Assembly: GCA_902618945.1 (NCBI GenBank)
Contig: CACNCK010000003.1
Coordinates: 24,252-88,251, forward strand
Source of the DNA: an uncultured SAR86 cluster bacterium
GTDB lineage: Bacteria; Pseudomonadota; Gammaproteobacteria; Magnimaribacterales; Magnimaribacteraceae
DNA: 64,000 bases
Direction of reading: 5' to 3'
Below the pieces are notes generated by a model. It was not told the DNA's origin, did no database searches, and saw only the letters and a program-made list of their open reading frames with translations. Numbering within the stretch: position 1 is the first letter of the stretch; the number at the start of each line of letters is the position of its first letter. Shown one piece after another: positions 30,123-38,410 of this stretch. The translations under genes were made by a program, and so were the position numbers.

Positions 30123-30845
30123 TTACTTTCCTAGTACCTCGAGAACATCGGCATAAGTAAAAGCTTTCTCATATAGTGCTCTTCCACATATTACACCTGA
30201 GATATTCTTTTTATCTTCAAGTTGGATAATATGATCTAGAGAGGAAACACCTCCAGAAGCAATTACAGGAATTTTTGTTTGGTTAGCTAAGTCCGATGTA
30301 GCCTCGATATTGGGTCCCATCATCATTCCATCCCTTGATATATCAGTGAAGATAATAGCTGCGATAGGTTCATCCTCAAATTTTTTGATTAACTCGGCAG
30401 GAGAGATTCCAGAACCCTTTAGCCAACCCTGAGTTTTTACAACACCATCAAGGGCGTCAATGCCTAGAACCAAGCGATTTGGGTACTTAACGCAAAAGTC
30501 TTTTAACATATCGGGCTCTTCAACAGCAGAAGTGCCCATAATAACCCTCTCGATCCCAGCTTTTAAATATTCCGATGCCGACTCAAAACTTCTAATACCT
30601 CCTCCTATTTGTATTCTTTCTTCAGGAAACTCTGAAATGATAGAAAATATGATTTCTTGATTCATAGGTTTACCTTCAACAGCACCATCTAAATCAACTA
30701 TATGTAGAATTTCTGCTCCCTGAGAAAACCAAGAGCCAGCTGTTGAGATTGGATCTTCAGAGAATATAGTTTCTTCATCCATTTTCCCTTCTCGCAGCCT
30801 AACGCATTTCCCATTTTTTAAGTCTATTGCTGGAATTACTATCAT
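30123..30845 (-). CDS. hisA: ProFAR isomerase
   Basis: [38 protein letters not shown]. Confidence 0.97.
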   Translation of the reverse strand: MIVIPAIDLKNGKCVRLREGKMDEETIFSEDPISTAGSWFSQGAEILHIVDLDGAVEGKPMNQEIIFSIISEFPEERIQIGGGIRSFESASEYLKAGIERVIMGTSAVEEPDMLKDFCVKYPNRLVLGIDALDGVVKTQGWLKGSGISPAELIKKFEDEPIAAIIFTDISRDGMMMGPNIEATSDLANQTKIPVIASGGVSSLDHIIQLEDKKNISGVICGRALYEKAFTYADVLEVLGK

Positions 30846-31457
30846 CTAAACACTCCAATCCAAGAAGTTTTTATATAACTGTAATCCTGCGCTTTGGCTC
30901 TTTTCAGGATGAAACTGGACAGCAAAAATATTATCTTTCGCAAAGGAAGATACAAACTTTTCACCATGAATTGTTTCGGTAAGAGCATCTTTAGATGAAG
31001 GACAGCAATAACTGTGAACAAAATAAAAATAACTGGAATCTATAATATTCTTCAGTAGAAAGTGCTCTTTTAGATAATTAACCTGATTCCATCCCATATG
31101 AGGAACTTTGATATCTTTATTAGACTGAATCTTACATACTTTTCCATTCAACAAGCCCAATCCTTCAACTCCACCATTTTCTTCACTTGATTCTAAAAGC
31201 ATTTGCATACCTACACAGATAGCGAGAGTAGGTTTCTTTTTAACCTCTTCAAGCACTGTCTCTTTTAAATCGTTAGAAAAGGCCTCCATGCAATCCTTAA
31301 TGGCACCCACTCCTGGAAAAACTAATTTATCAGAAGTTTTTATTACTTCCTGATCAGAAGTTATGACTATACTTTCTTTCTGCGAGACAGCCTCTAGGGC
31401 TTTGCTCACTGAGTGCAGATTACCCATGCCATAATCGATAACAGCAATTTGTGTCAT
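30846..31457 (-). CDS. hisH: Imidazole glycerol phosphate synthase, glutaminase subunit
   Basis: DYGMGNLHS, ICVGMQ, PHMGWN, YFVHSY, QFHPEKS. Confidence 0.97.
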   Translation of the reverse strand: MTQIAVIDYGMGNLHSVSKALEAVSQKESIVITSDQEVIKTSDKLVFPGVGAIKDCMEAFSNDLKETVLEEVKKKPTLAICVGMQMLLESSEENGGVEGLGLLNGKVCKIQSNKDIKVPHMGWNQVNYLKEHFLLKNIIDSSYFYFVHSYCCPSSKDALTETIHGEKFVSSFAKDNIFAVQFHPEKSQSAGLQLYKNFLDWSV

Positions 31458-31468
31458 CTATTAAAGTC

Positions 31469-32056
31469 CTACAAAGCTCCTTTTGTTGAAGGGATAATAT
31501 CGGCCTGTTTTGAATCTATTTCCAGAGCCATCCTTAATGCTCTTCCAAAAGCTTTAAAAATGGTTTCAATTTGGTGATGAGTGTTTTCACCATAGAAGTT
31601 CTCTATGTGAAGAGTCATAAATGCGTGATTACTGAGTGATTGAAAGAAGTGTTCAAACATGTTGACATCAATACCGCCAACCTCTTCTTTGACAAAATCG
31701 ACTTTCATGAATAATCCAGGTCTTCCAGAAAAATCTAATACCACTCTTGAAAGAGCTTCATCTAGTGGGATATAAGACTGACCATATCTTCTTATGCCCT
31801 TCTTATCTCCTATTGCTTTATTAAAAGCTTCTCCTAGTGAAATACCTATATCTTCGATGGTGTGGTGATCATCAATATGTAAATCGCCCTTAGCTTTAAT
31901 ACTAAGATCAATCATTCCATGTCTGCCAATCTGATCAAGCATATGTTCAAGAAAAGGTAATCCGGTGTCAAACTCTGTTTTACCTGTCCCGTCTAGATTT
32001 AGCTCAATAGCTATCTGGGTCTCCGAAGTATCTCTATTTACAACTACCTTTCTCAT
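31469..32056 (-). CDS. hisB: Imidazoleglycerol-phosphate dehydratase (monofunctional)
   Basis: [36 protein letters not shown]; no N-terminal phosphatase domain; start placed at ATG 32056. Confidence 0.96.
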   Translation of the reverse strand: MRKVVVNRDTSETQIAIELNLDGTGKTEFDTGLPFLEHMLDQIGRHGMIDLSIKAKGDLHIDDHHTIEDIGISLGEAFNKAIGDKKGIRRYGQSYIPLDEALSRVVLDFSGRPGLFMKVDFVKEEVGGIDVNMFEHFFQSLSNHAFMTLHIENFYGENTHHQIETIFKAFGRALRMALEIDSKQADIIPSTKGAL

Positions 32057-32135
32057 AATAAATTCCAATAAGGGCGCGCATTATATCTAATATGTTCAAG
32101 TTCTTCATTACTAGTACAATTAACGTAATATTTTT

Positions 32136-33167
32136 ATGTCTGAACTAAGTAAAAAACTGATCAAATGGCACAAGAAATCTGGTCGTAAAGATTTGCCTTG
32201 GCAGATTCAAACTAATCCTTATAAAGTTTGGATATCTGAAGTCATGCTTCAGCAGACTCAAGTACAAACGGTAACACCTTATTACCTAAGATTTATAGAT
32301 AGGTTCCCTGATATTAATTCACTTGCCGAATCCAATGAAAATGAAGTTTTAAGTTACTGGTCAGGGTTGGGTTATTACTCAAGGGGAAGGAATTTACTTA
32401 AGACTGCAAAGATTCTTCAAGATAATTTCAATTCCATAATGCCTCAATGTCCTGAAAAATTAGAATCATTGCCTGGAATTGGAAAATCGACTGCTGGAGC
32501 TATTCTCTCATTAGGCTTTAAACTAAAAGCCCCTATTCTAGATGGAAATGCAAAGCGACTATTAGTCCGGTATTTTAAAGTGGAGGAACCTATTGATTCT
32601 ACAAAGACAATTAAGAATCTTTGGGAAATAGCCTCCAAGAATTTGCCCCTTCAAGAATGCGATATTTATACTCAGGCAATTATGGATGTGGGCTCCTTGA
32701 TATGTAAAAGAAAGAGTCCTGACTGTGAAAATTGCCCATTAAATAAAACATGCCTCTCATTGAAAGCAGGCATTCAAGATTTACTTCCGCATAAATCTCC
32801 CTCAAAGAAGAAACCAAGCAAACAGCTCTACTGGCTTCTTTTACAAAATAAAGAAGGTGAAATTCTGTTAGAAAATAGAACCTCAAAAGGAGTATGGAAA
32901 GGTTTGTGGACCTTTTTAAGTTTTGAAGAAATAGAATCAAGAGAAGAGTTTATTAAAACACTCCCGAAAGGGTATCAATTTATAGAACGAGATTTAAAGC
33001 TCAAACACACCTTCACTCACTTTAAATTAGATATAAATACCAGTTTAGTAAGATTAAATGAAGATTTCCAAAATCTAGATAATAATAAAGTATGGTTTAA
33101 TAACAAAGAATTATCAGAGATTGGCCTGCCAATGCCTGTGACCAAAATTTTAAAAGATCATATATAA
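32136..33167 (+). CDS. mutY: A/G-specific adenine glycosylase
   Basis: SEVMLQQTQV, WSGLGYYSR, LPGIG, DGNAKR, C-x6-C-x2-C-x5-C Fe-S motif, HTFTHF. Confidence 0.96.
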   Translation: MSELSKKLIKWHKKSGRKDLPWQIQTNPYKVWISEVMLQQTQVQTVTPYYLRFIDRFPDINSLAESNENEVLSYWSGLGYYSRGRNLLKTAKILQDNFNSIMPQCPEKLESLPGIGKSTAGAILSLGFKLKAPILDGNAKRLLVRYFKVEEPIDSTKTIKNLWEIASKNLPLQECDIYTQAIMDVGSLICKRKSPDCENCPLNKTCLSLKAGIQDLLPHKSPSKKKPSKQLYWLLLQNKEGEILLENRTSKGVWKGLWTFLSFEEIESREEFIKTLPKGYQFIERDLKLKHTFTHFKLDINTSLVRLNEDFQNLDNNKVWFNNKELSEIGLPMPVTKILKDHI

Positions 33168-33168
33168 G

Positions 33169-33435
33169 ATGCACAAAGTTTTTTGTAGAAAATACGGTGA
33201 AGAGTTAGAAGGCTTGGATAAACCTCCCTATCCAGGACAAAAAGGTGAAGATATATTTGATAATGTGTCAAAAAAAGCTTGGGAGGAATGGTTGGAACAT
33301 CAAAAAATGCTCATTAATGAAGGTCAAATAAACCTTGCAGATAGGGACTCTCGAAAATGGTTAAATGAGCAAATGGATCTTTTTTTATCAGGAAAAGATT
33401 ATGCGAAACCAACTGGTTTCAAGCCTGTTGAGTAA
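33169..33435 (+). CDS. yggX: Fe(II)-trafficking / oxidative-damage protection protein
   Basis: VFCRKY, PPYPG, VSKKAWEEWLEHQKMLINE; follows mutY. Confidence 0.93.
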   Translation: MHKVFCRKYGEELEGLDKPPYPGQKGEDIFDNVSKKAWEEWLEHQKMLINEGQINLADRDSRKWLNEQMDLFLSGKDYAKPTGFKPVE

Positions 33436-33486
33436 AACCTACTTTTTTAGAGTCAATTAATTGTATACAATCGCAAAACCTTAAAT

Positions 33487-33562
33487 GCCCAGATAGCTCA
33501 GTCGGTAGAGCAAAGGACTGAAAATCCTTGTGTCGGTGGTTCGATTCCACCTCTGGGCACCA
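33487..33562 (+). tRNA. tRNA-Phe (GAA)
   Basis: 76 nt; acceptor GCCCAGA/TCTGGGC, D arm AGCTCAGTCGGTAGAGC, anticodon loop CTGAAAA, T loop GGTTCGATTCC, encoded CCA. Confidence 0.98.
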
Positions 33563-33676
33563 CTTCCCAAGCATGATTATGCTCGTCTAGCTCAAGAACT
33601 AACATTATCCGCATTCTTGTTGACCTTATTCTTTTAGAGTTTTAAGGTTAATCCCTCAACACAAGAAGGAGAAATT

Positions 33677-34534
33677 ATGAAAGTTGTTTTAATCACAGGA
33701 TGCAGTACAGGCATTGGTTTTGCAACTGCAAAGCAGTTCTCTCTAGGAGATTATCAAGTAATTGCCACAGCAAGAAGTCCAAAATCCTCCGATGAATTAG
33801 TCGAGCTTGGGGAAAAAGAAAATGTCTTACTCAAAGAATTGGATGTTTGTGACCAAGAATCTGTTGATAAGCTTTTTGATGAATTAAATAATTTTGAAAT
33901 AGATGTTTTAGTTAATAATGCGGGCGTAGGAGGATCTGGATCTGTTGAAAATACAGAAATTGAATTTGCAAAACTTCTAATGGAGACAAATTATTTTGGA
34001 GCCCTCAGAATGATGAAAAAAGTTATTCCATCAATGCGTTCAAGGAGATCTGGAGCAATAATAAATGTATCTTCTCAAGCAGGAAGGCGTCCTTTTGCTT
34101 TGATGAGTCACTACTGTGCCACAAAGTACGCTCTTAATGGATTATCTGAAAGTATGGCTCATGAGCTTGCACAATTTAATATTCGGGTAACGCTAATAGA
34201 ACCTGGAACTGTTATTACACCTATTTTTGGTAAAGGGAATTCTATACCTGAAGATGAAAAAGATTACTCTATATTTCAAGGAAGAATGATTAGACAAGTT
34301 ACAAAAGGGCTTACTGAGTTGGGCTGTGGCCCAGACATAATTGCTAAATGTATGGTTGATTTCGTGACAACAAAGGATCCTAAGCTACACTATCTTATAG
34401 ATAAAGATGCTGTTGATAATGTTGATATTTATAACAAATATGGTCCAGAAACTTGGGTTTCTGATGGGAAAATTCTAGATGATGAAGAGTTTTTTAGTAC
34501 CATGAAAGATAGGTATGGTTATGAAATTGGTTAG
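33677..34534 (+). CDS. Short-chain dehydrogenase/reductase (17beta-HSD-like subgroup)
   Basis: TGCSTGIG, VNNAG, YCATK, IEPG; AGGAG RBS. Confidence 0.9.
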   Translation: MKVVLITGCSTGIGFATAKQFSLGDYQVIATARSPKSSDELVELGEKENVLLKELDVCDQESVDKLFDELNNFEIDVLVNNAGVGGSGSVENTEIEFAKLLMETNYFGALRMMKKVIPSMRSRRSGAIINVSSQAGRRPFALMSHYCATKYALNGLSESMAHELAQFNIRVTLIEPGTVITPIFGKGNSIPEDEKDYSIFQGRMIRQVTKGLTELGCGPDIIAKCMVDFVTTKDPKLHYLIDKDAVDNVDIYNKYGPETWVSDGKILDDEEFFSTMKDRYGYEIG

Positions 34535-34614
34535 GTGCCGAGCCTAGAAAAGCACGGAAAAGAATAATTAATTGAAATTGCTAATATTTATCTCACTTAT
34601 TACTGAAATTTAAT

Positions 34615-34809
34615 ATGTATTATCCTGCTTTGATAGTCTTTGTTCTTACTCTCATTCCTTTGTTTTTTACAAAGTTGCTTTTTGTTGCTGACTGGGAAAG
34701 GCCTAAAGACTTAAATGGGATAGATGCTAGAGTAATTATCTTCTGGGGCTATGTGTTTGGAATGGTTCTACCGATAGGACTTGTAGCATTCAGAGGTTAT
34801 ATTATTTAG
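34615..34809 (+). CDS. Small hypothetical membrane protein (2 TM)
   Basis: 64-aa ORF with two hydrophobic segments; no recognised family. Confidence 0.6.
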   Translation: MYYPALIVFVLTLIPLFFTKLLFVADWERPKDLNGIDARVIIFWGYVFGMVLPIGLVAFRGYII

Positions 34810-34813
34810 AAAT

Positions 34814-34885
34814 ATGAAGGCTCCATTGATATTTTTATTGTGCGTAGTGATATTTGTAATCTCTATGGTATGGCTTTCCTCTTAA
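34814..34885 (+). CDS. Possible 23-aa single-TM peptide
   Basis: Manual translation MKAPLIFLLCVVIFVISMVWLSS*; ATG 4 nt after the upstream stop; no SD. Confidence 0.35.
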   Translation: MKAPLIFLLCVVIFVISMVWLSS

Positions 34886-34981
34886 CTAGTCTGAGTAATA
34901 CATACTAAACTTCCTACTAAATCATATTATCCAAAGCATTCCAGTTTTGAATAATCTTCTTGGTAGAGACAAGTTGAATTG

Positions 34982-35018
34982 AAAGGAAGAAAGTAGCCAA
35001 GCATCCTTGCTTGGCTAC
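34982..35018 (-). terminator. Intrinsic terminator
   Basis: Perfect stem GTAGCCAAGCA-agga-TGCTTGGCTAC followed by TTTCTTCCTTT on the minus strand. Confidence 0.8.
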
Positions 35019-35074
35019 CAGACTTAAGAGAAAAAATCTCCGTTCAACAAACCTTGGGGAGAAGTCTGTTGAAT
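34985..35074 (-). ncRNA. Candidate small regulatory RNA (~90 nt)
   Basis: Minus strand: TATCAT -10, then a 12-bp stem with two G-U pairs and a CUCCCCA loop, a short GAGA/UCUC stem with U-rich loop, then an 11-bp terminator stem and U-rich tail. Confidence 0.6.
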
Positions 35075-35080
35075 GAAAGC

Positions 35081-35123
35081 ATGATACTGTCATAATGTGA
35101 CAAATAAACTGTCTTAGGTGACT
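35081..35123 (-). promoter_or_regulatory. -10 element with two tandem palindromic operator-like sites
   Basis: TATCAT at 35086-35081; TGTCA-N5-TGACA at 35088-35102; related CTGTC-ttag-GTGAC at 35109-35122. Confidence 0.5.
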
Positions 35124-35224
35124 TTCTAGTTAAATATCACGAAGCTTGAGCATTTCTTTCAAAGTTCTACTCCGTCTCTGAGCAAGCATACAAATCTAAA
35201 TCGTTTCTTTATAATCTAAGATAT

Positions 35225-35428
35225 ATGTTGATTAAAACCATATCGTTTTTACTTTTCTTTTTTTGTAGCTTTTTTTTGCTTATAGGCGTCTATTTAATAG
35301 GTATCTCGTTGGCTAATTTTCAAGGGGAATTACTCATAGTGAATCTTTTATCCTCTTTAATGTGTTTTGCAATTTCTGGAGCTTTGTACTTACTTAGAAG
35401 AAAATTAAACGAAAAGAGTATTGATTAG
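35225..35428 (+). CDS. Small hypothetical membrane protein (2 TM)
   Basis: 67-aa ORF with two TM helices and a basic tail; TATAAT 9 nt upstream of the ATG. Confidence 0.55.
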   Translation: MLIKTISFLLFFFCSFFLLIGVYLIGISLANFQGELLIVNLLSSLMCFAISGALYLLRRKLNEKSID

Positions 35429-35444
35429 TTAATTCGATAAATAA

Positions 35445-36326
35445 ATGAAAAAAATACTAGTCGTCTATCTCATTTCATTTGCTTCTCTTAATGTTTATTC
35501 AAGCTATACATTAGATCAAGAAACAACAATTGCAGAGATAAATGGAATCTCACTTGCCTACAAAAGTATTGGCATAGAGGAAGATCCGGCTGTTTTGATG
35601 GTAATGGGCCTACTTGCGTCACATAAAGTTTGGGGAGAAACCATTGTCAATGGACTTGTAGATTCCGGATACAGGGTTATCCTCTTTGACAATAGAGATA
35701 CTGGAGATAGCGAGAAGCTAGATAAGCTAGGTAGACCAAACCTTTATTGGAAGTACTTTCTTTACTCCTTAGGTATTGGTTTTAATGTGCCATATACACT
35801 TGAAGATATGGCATATGATGGTGTTGCATTATTAGACCACCTGGATATTGAAGAAGCTCATATAATTGGAGCTTCTATGGGAGGCATGATCGCTCAAATA
35901 ATAGCATCGAAATTTCCAGATAAGACGACCAGCTTAGTATCACTTATGTCATCGCCTAGAATTCCGAAGACCTCTGAGATTTCGCAAGGAAATCAAGAAA
36001 ATCTCAGAAATATGGAAAATGTTGATACAGAAGGAGCGCGAGAATATGGCTTTTATCCGAGAGCAATGCCGAGGCAATTGACTGCAATTTTTAAAGCTGG
36101 AGATAGATCTGATATTGTAAGAAATATCTCTGTACCAACGCTGGTGCTGCACGGAGAAGATGATGCACTAGTGCCTGTAAGCTATGGAAGGCTTACTGCA
36201 GAACTCATACCAAACTCAACATTTAAAGTTTATAAAGATATGGGTCATAATTTACCCAGAGAAGTTATACCTATTTTGATCGAGGATATTGTAAATTTTT
36301 ATAAAAAAGTAGATGAAATTCTTTAA
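35445..36326 (+). CDS. Alpha/beta hydrolase with signal peptide
   Basis: FDNRDTG, GASMGG nucleophile elbow, HGEDDALVP, MGHNLP; MKK-hydrophobic N-terminus. Confidence 0.88.
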   Translation: MKKILVVYLISFASLNVYSSYTLDQETTIAEINGISLAYKSIGIEEDPAVLMVMGLLASHKVWGETIVNGLVDSGYRVILFDNRDTGDSEKLDKLGRPNLYWKYFLYSLGIGFNVPYTLEDMAYDGVALLDHLDIEEAHIIGASMGGMIAQIIASKFPDKTTSLVSLMSSPRIPKTSEISQGNQENLRNMENVDTEGAREYGFYPRAMPRQLTAIFKAGDRSDIVRNISVPTLVLHGEDDALVPVSYGRLTAELIPNSTFKVYKDMGHNLPREVIPILIEDIVNFYKKVDEIL

Positions 36327-37275
36327 TAAAGAAAATAAATTATATCCACCAATCGAACCTTATGATTCTGGCTATATAAAGCAAGGAATCCATAAAATTT
36401 ATTATGAGCAATGCGGGAATCCCAAAGGTAAACCTGCAGTATTCCTTCATGGTGGGCCTGGTGGAGGTGCTGGAAGTTTTTCTAGAAGATTTTTTAATCC
36501 TAAGAAATATCGCATAGTTCTTTTCGATCAGAGAGGATGTGGAAAAAGTAAACCCCACACTTGTCTTGAAAATAATACTACTTGGCATTTAGTTGAAGAC
36601 ATTGAGTCAATAAGAAAAAAATTAAGCATAGATAAGTGGCTTGTTTTTGGTGGTTCTTGGGGTAGTACACTCGCATTGGCTTATGCGCAGAGTCATCCTC
36701 AAAACGTAACAGAGCTTGTTTTAAGGGGTATCTTTATGTTGAGACGTAAAGAAATCCAATGGTTCTATCAATATGGAGCAAGCGAATTATATCCAGAAGC
36801 ATGGCAGGGGTTTTTGAACGAAATTCCAAAAGAAAAGAGAAGCGATTTGGTAGAAGCCTATAGGGAAATCTTTAATGGAGATAATGAAGAAAAAAAATTA
36901 TCAGCAGCAAAAGCCTGGTCTAAATGGGAAGCATCTACCAGTTTCATTAATCATAATCCCGAAGCTGTAAAAGATTCTGTGGACAGCAAATTTGCACTAG
37001 CTTTTGCTCTTATTGAAAACCATTACTTTGTGAATAATGGTTTCTTGGAAAATGAAAATCAACTTCTCGATAATATCGATAAAATCAGAGATATCCCTGC
37101 TGTAATAATTCAAGGAAGATACGATGTTGTATGCCCTCCTACGACTGCTTATGAGCTACATTCGAGATGGCCAGAATCTGAACTTAAAATAGCTCCTTTT
37201 TCAGGTCATTCTGCATTCGAAAAGGAAATAACACACCTACTAATAGAAACCACAGATAGATTTTCCAAAACCTAA
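36313..37275 (+). CDS. pip: Proline iminopeptidase
   Basis: LHGGPGGG, FDQRGCGKS, NTTWHLV, FGGSWGSTL, GRYDVVCP, GHSAFE. Confidence 0.95.
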   Translation: MKFFNKENKLYPPIEPYDSGYIKQGIHKIYYEQCGNPKGKPAVFLHGGPGGGAGSFSRRFFNPKKYRIVLFDQRGCGKSKPHTCLENNTTWHLVEDIESIRKKLSIDKWLVFGGSWGSTLALAYAQSHPQNVTELVLRGIFMLRRKEIQWFYQYGASELYPEAWQGFLNEIPKEKRSDLVEAYREIFNGDNEEKKLSAAKAWSKWEASTSFINHNPEAVKDSVDSKFALAFALIENHYFVNNGFLENENQLLDNIDKIRDIPAVIIQGRYDVVCPPTTAYELHSRWPESELKIAPFSGHSAFEKEITHLLIETTDRFSKT

Positions 37276-37284
37276 TAATCAAAA

Positions 37285-38355
37285 ATGATAAAAATTTTAA
37301 AATTCCCAATTCTGATAACTTTAATTTTTTGTAGCCCACTCTTTTATGCTGAGGGTAATCACAAGATATTCAATCTAGGAGATTTTGACCTAGAGAGTGG
37401 AATCACATTACCAAATGCTAAGTTATCTTATGTAACTCATGGAAAATTAAATAAGGAAAAGGATAATTTAATAGTTGTTCCTTCTGCATACCTTGGTGAT
37501 CATCATGGATTTGATTTTTTAATTGAACCTGGCAAAGCTCTGGATCCTGAAAAATATTTCATTGTTGCTACAGATATGTTTCAAAATGGTTTGTCTAGCT
37601 CGCCAAGCAATACACTGCCTCCATTTGATGGGCCGAATTTCCCTTTAATTTCAATAAGAGACAATGTGAAGGCAGGATATAAATTGGTTACTGAAATTTT
37701 TAAAGTTAAAAAGATAAAAGGTGTTGTAGGATTCTCTATGGGAGCTCAGCAGGCCTTTCAGTGGGCTGTAAGTTATCCAGATTTTGTTGAGAAAATAGTG
37801 GGTATAGCAGGCTCAGCGGTAGAGTATCCGCATGGTATAGTAAGACTGGAAGGTTTTATATCTGCAATAAAAGCAGATGCCTCTTTTGCGAATGGTCAGT
37901 ACATGTCCCCACCTGAGGTAGGACTCAGAGCAGGAGGAGCGCACTGGGCCAGTTGGGGCTGGTCTCAAGAATGGTATCGACTAGGCCTCTACGAAGAAAT
38001 GGGCTTGAAAGATACTGATGAAGTTATAAATTGGTTTGAAGAATTTGTATTATCTTGGGATGCCAATAATCTAATAGCTCTAGCTAGAACTTGGCAAAAT
38101 AATAATATTGGTAATACACCAGGATTTAATGGAAATTATATAGAAGCATTAAGATCAATAAAAGCTGATGTCTTATATATGCCGAGCGAAACGGATATGT
38201 ACTTTCATATTGATGCCTTAACCAGAGAAGCTAATATGATTCCTGGAGTAAAATTTAGAGTAATACCTTCGCTTTGGGGTCACATAGCTGGAGCAGGCTT
38301 TACAAGCGAAGATATAGAATTCATGAATAATGAAATAATAGAGTTTTATAAATAA
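37285..38355 (+). CDS. Homoserine acetyltransferase-like alpha/beta hydrolase with N-terminal signal peptide
   Basis: GDFDLESGITL, LDPEKYFIV, NGLSSSPSN, GFSMGAQQA, DMYF, WGHIAG. Confidence 0.82.
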   Translation: MIKILKFPILITLIFCSPLFYAEGNHKIFNLGDFDLESGITLPNAKLSYVTHGKLNKEKDNLIVVPSAYLGDHHGFDFLIEPGKALDPEKYFIVATDMFQNGLSSSPSNTLPPFDGPNFPLISIRDNVKAGYKLVTEIFKVKKIKGVVGFSMGAQQAFQWAVSYPDFVEKIVGIAGSAVEYPHGIVRLEGFISAIKADASFANGQYMSPPEVGLRAGGAHWASWGWSQEWYRLGLYEEMGLKDTDEVINWFEEFVLSWDANNLIALARTWQNNNIGNTPGFNGNYIEALRSIKADVLYMPSETDMYFHIDALTREANMIPGVKFRVIPSLWGHIAGAGFTSEDIEFMNNEIIEFYK

Positions 38356-38410
38356 TCTCTATTTTTTATCCTGAATTACATATAAGTTCTTTTTGGTTTA
38401 AACTTTATCT

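Noticed and set aside
34532-34555. Possible small pseudoknot TAGG-TGCCGAG-CCTA...GCAC after the SDR stop (SAM-II/V or preQ1-like?)
   Set aside because: Stems are only 4 bp and ligand-binding consensus nucleotides are absent
35130-35189. Minus-strand 19-aa ORF MLAQRRSRTLKEMLKLRDI upstream of the sRNA promoter
   Set aside because: No RBS, in-frame stop three codons upstream, no recognisable motif; expected by chance
37285-38355. Calling this gene metX
   Set aside because: Signal-peptide-like N-terminus and divergent motifs (no HALTG/SG, GGSMGG replaced by GFSMGA); only family-level call is supported
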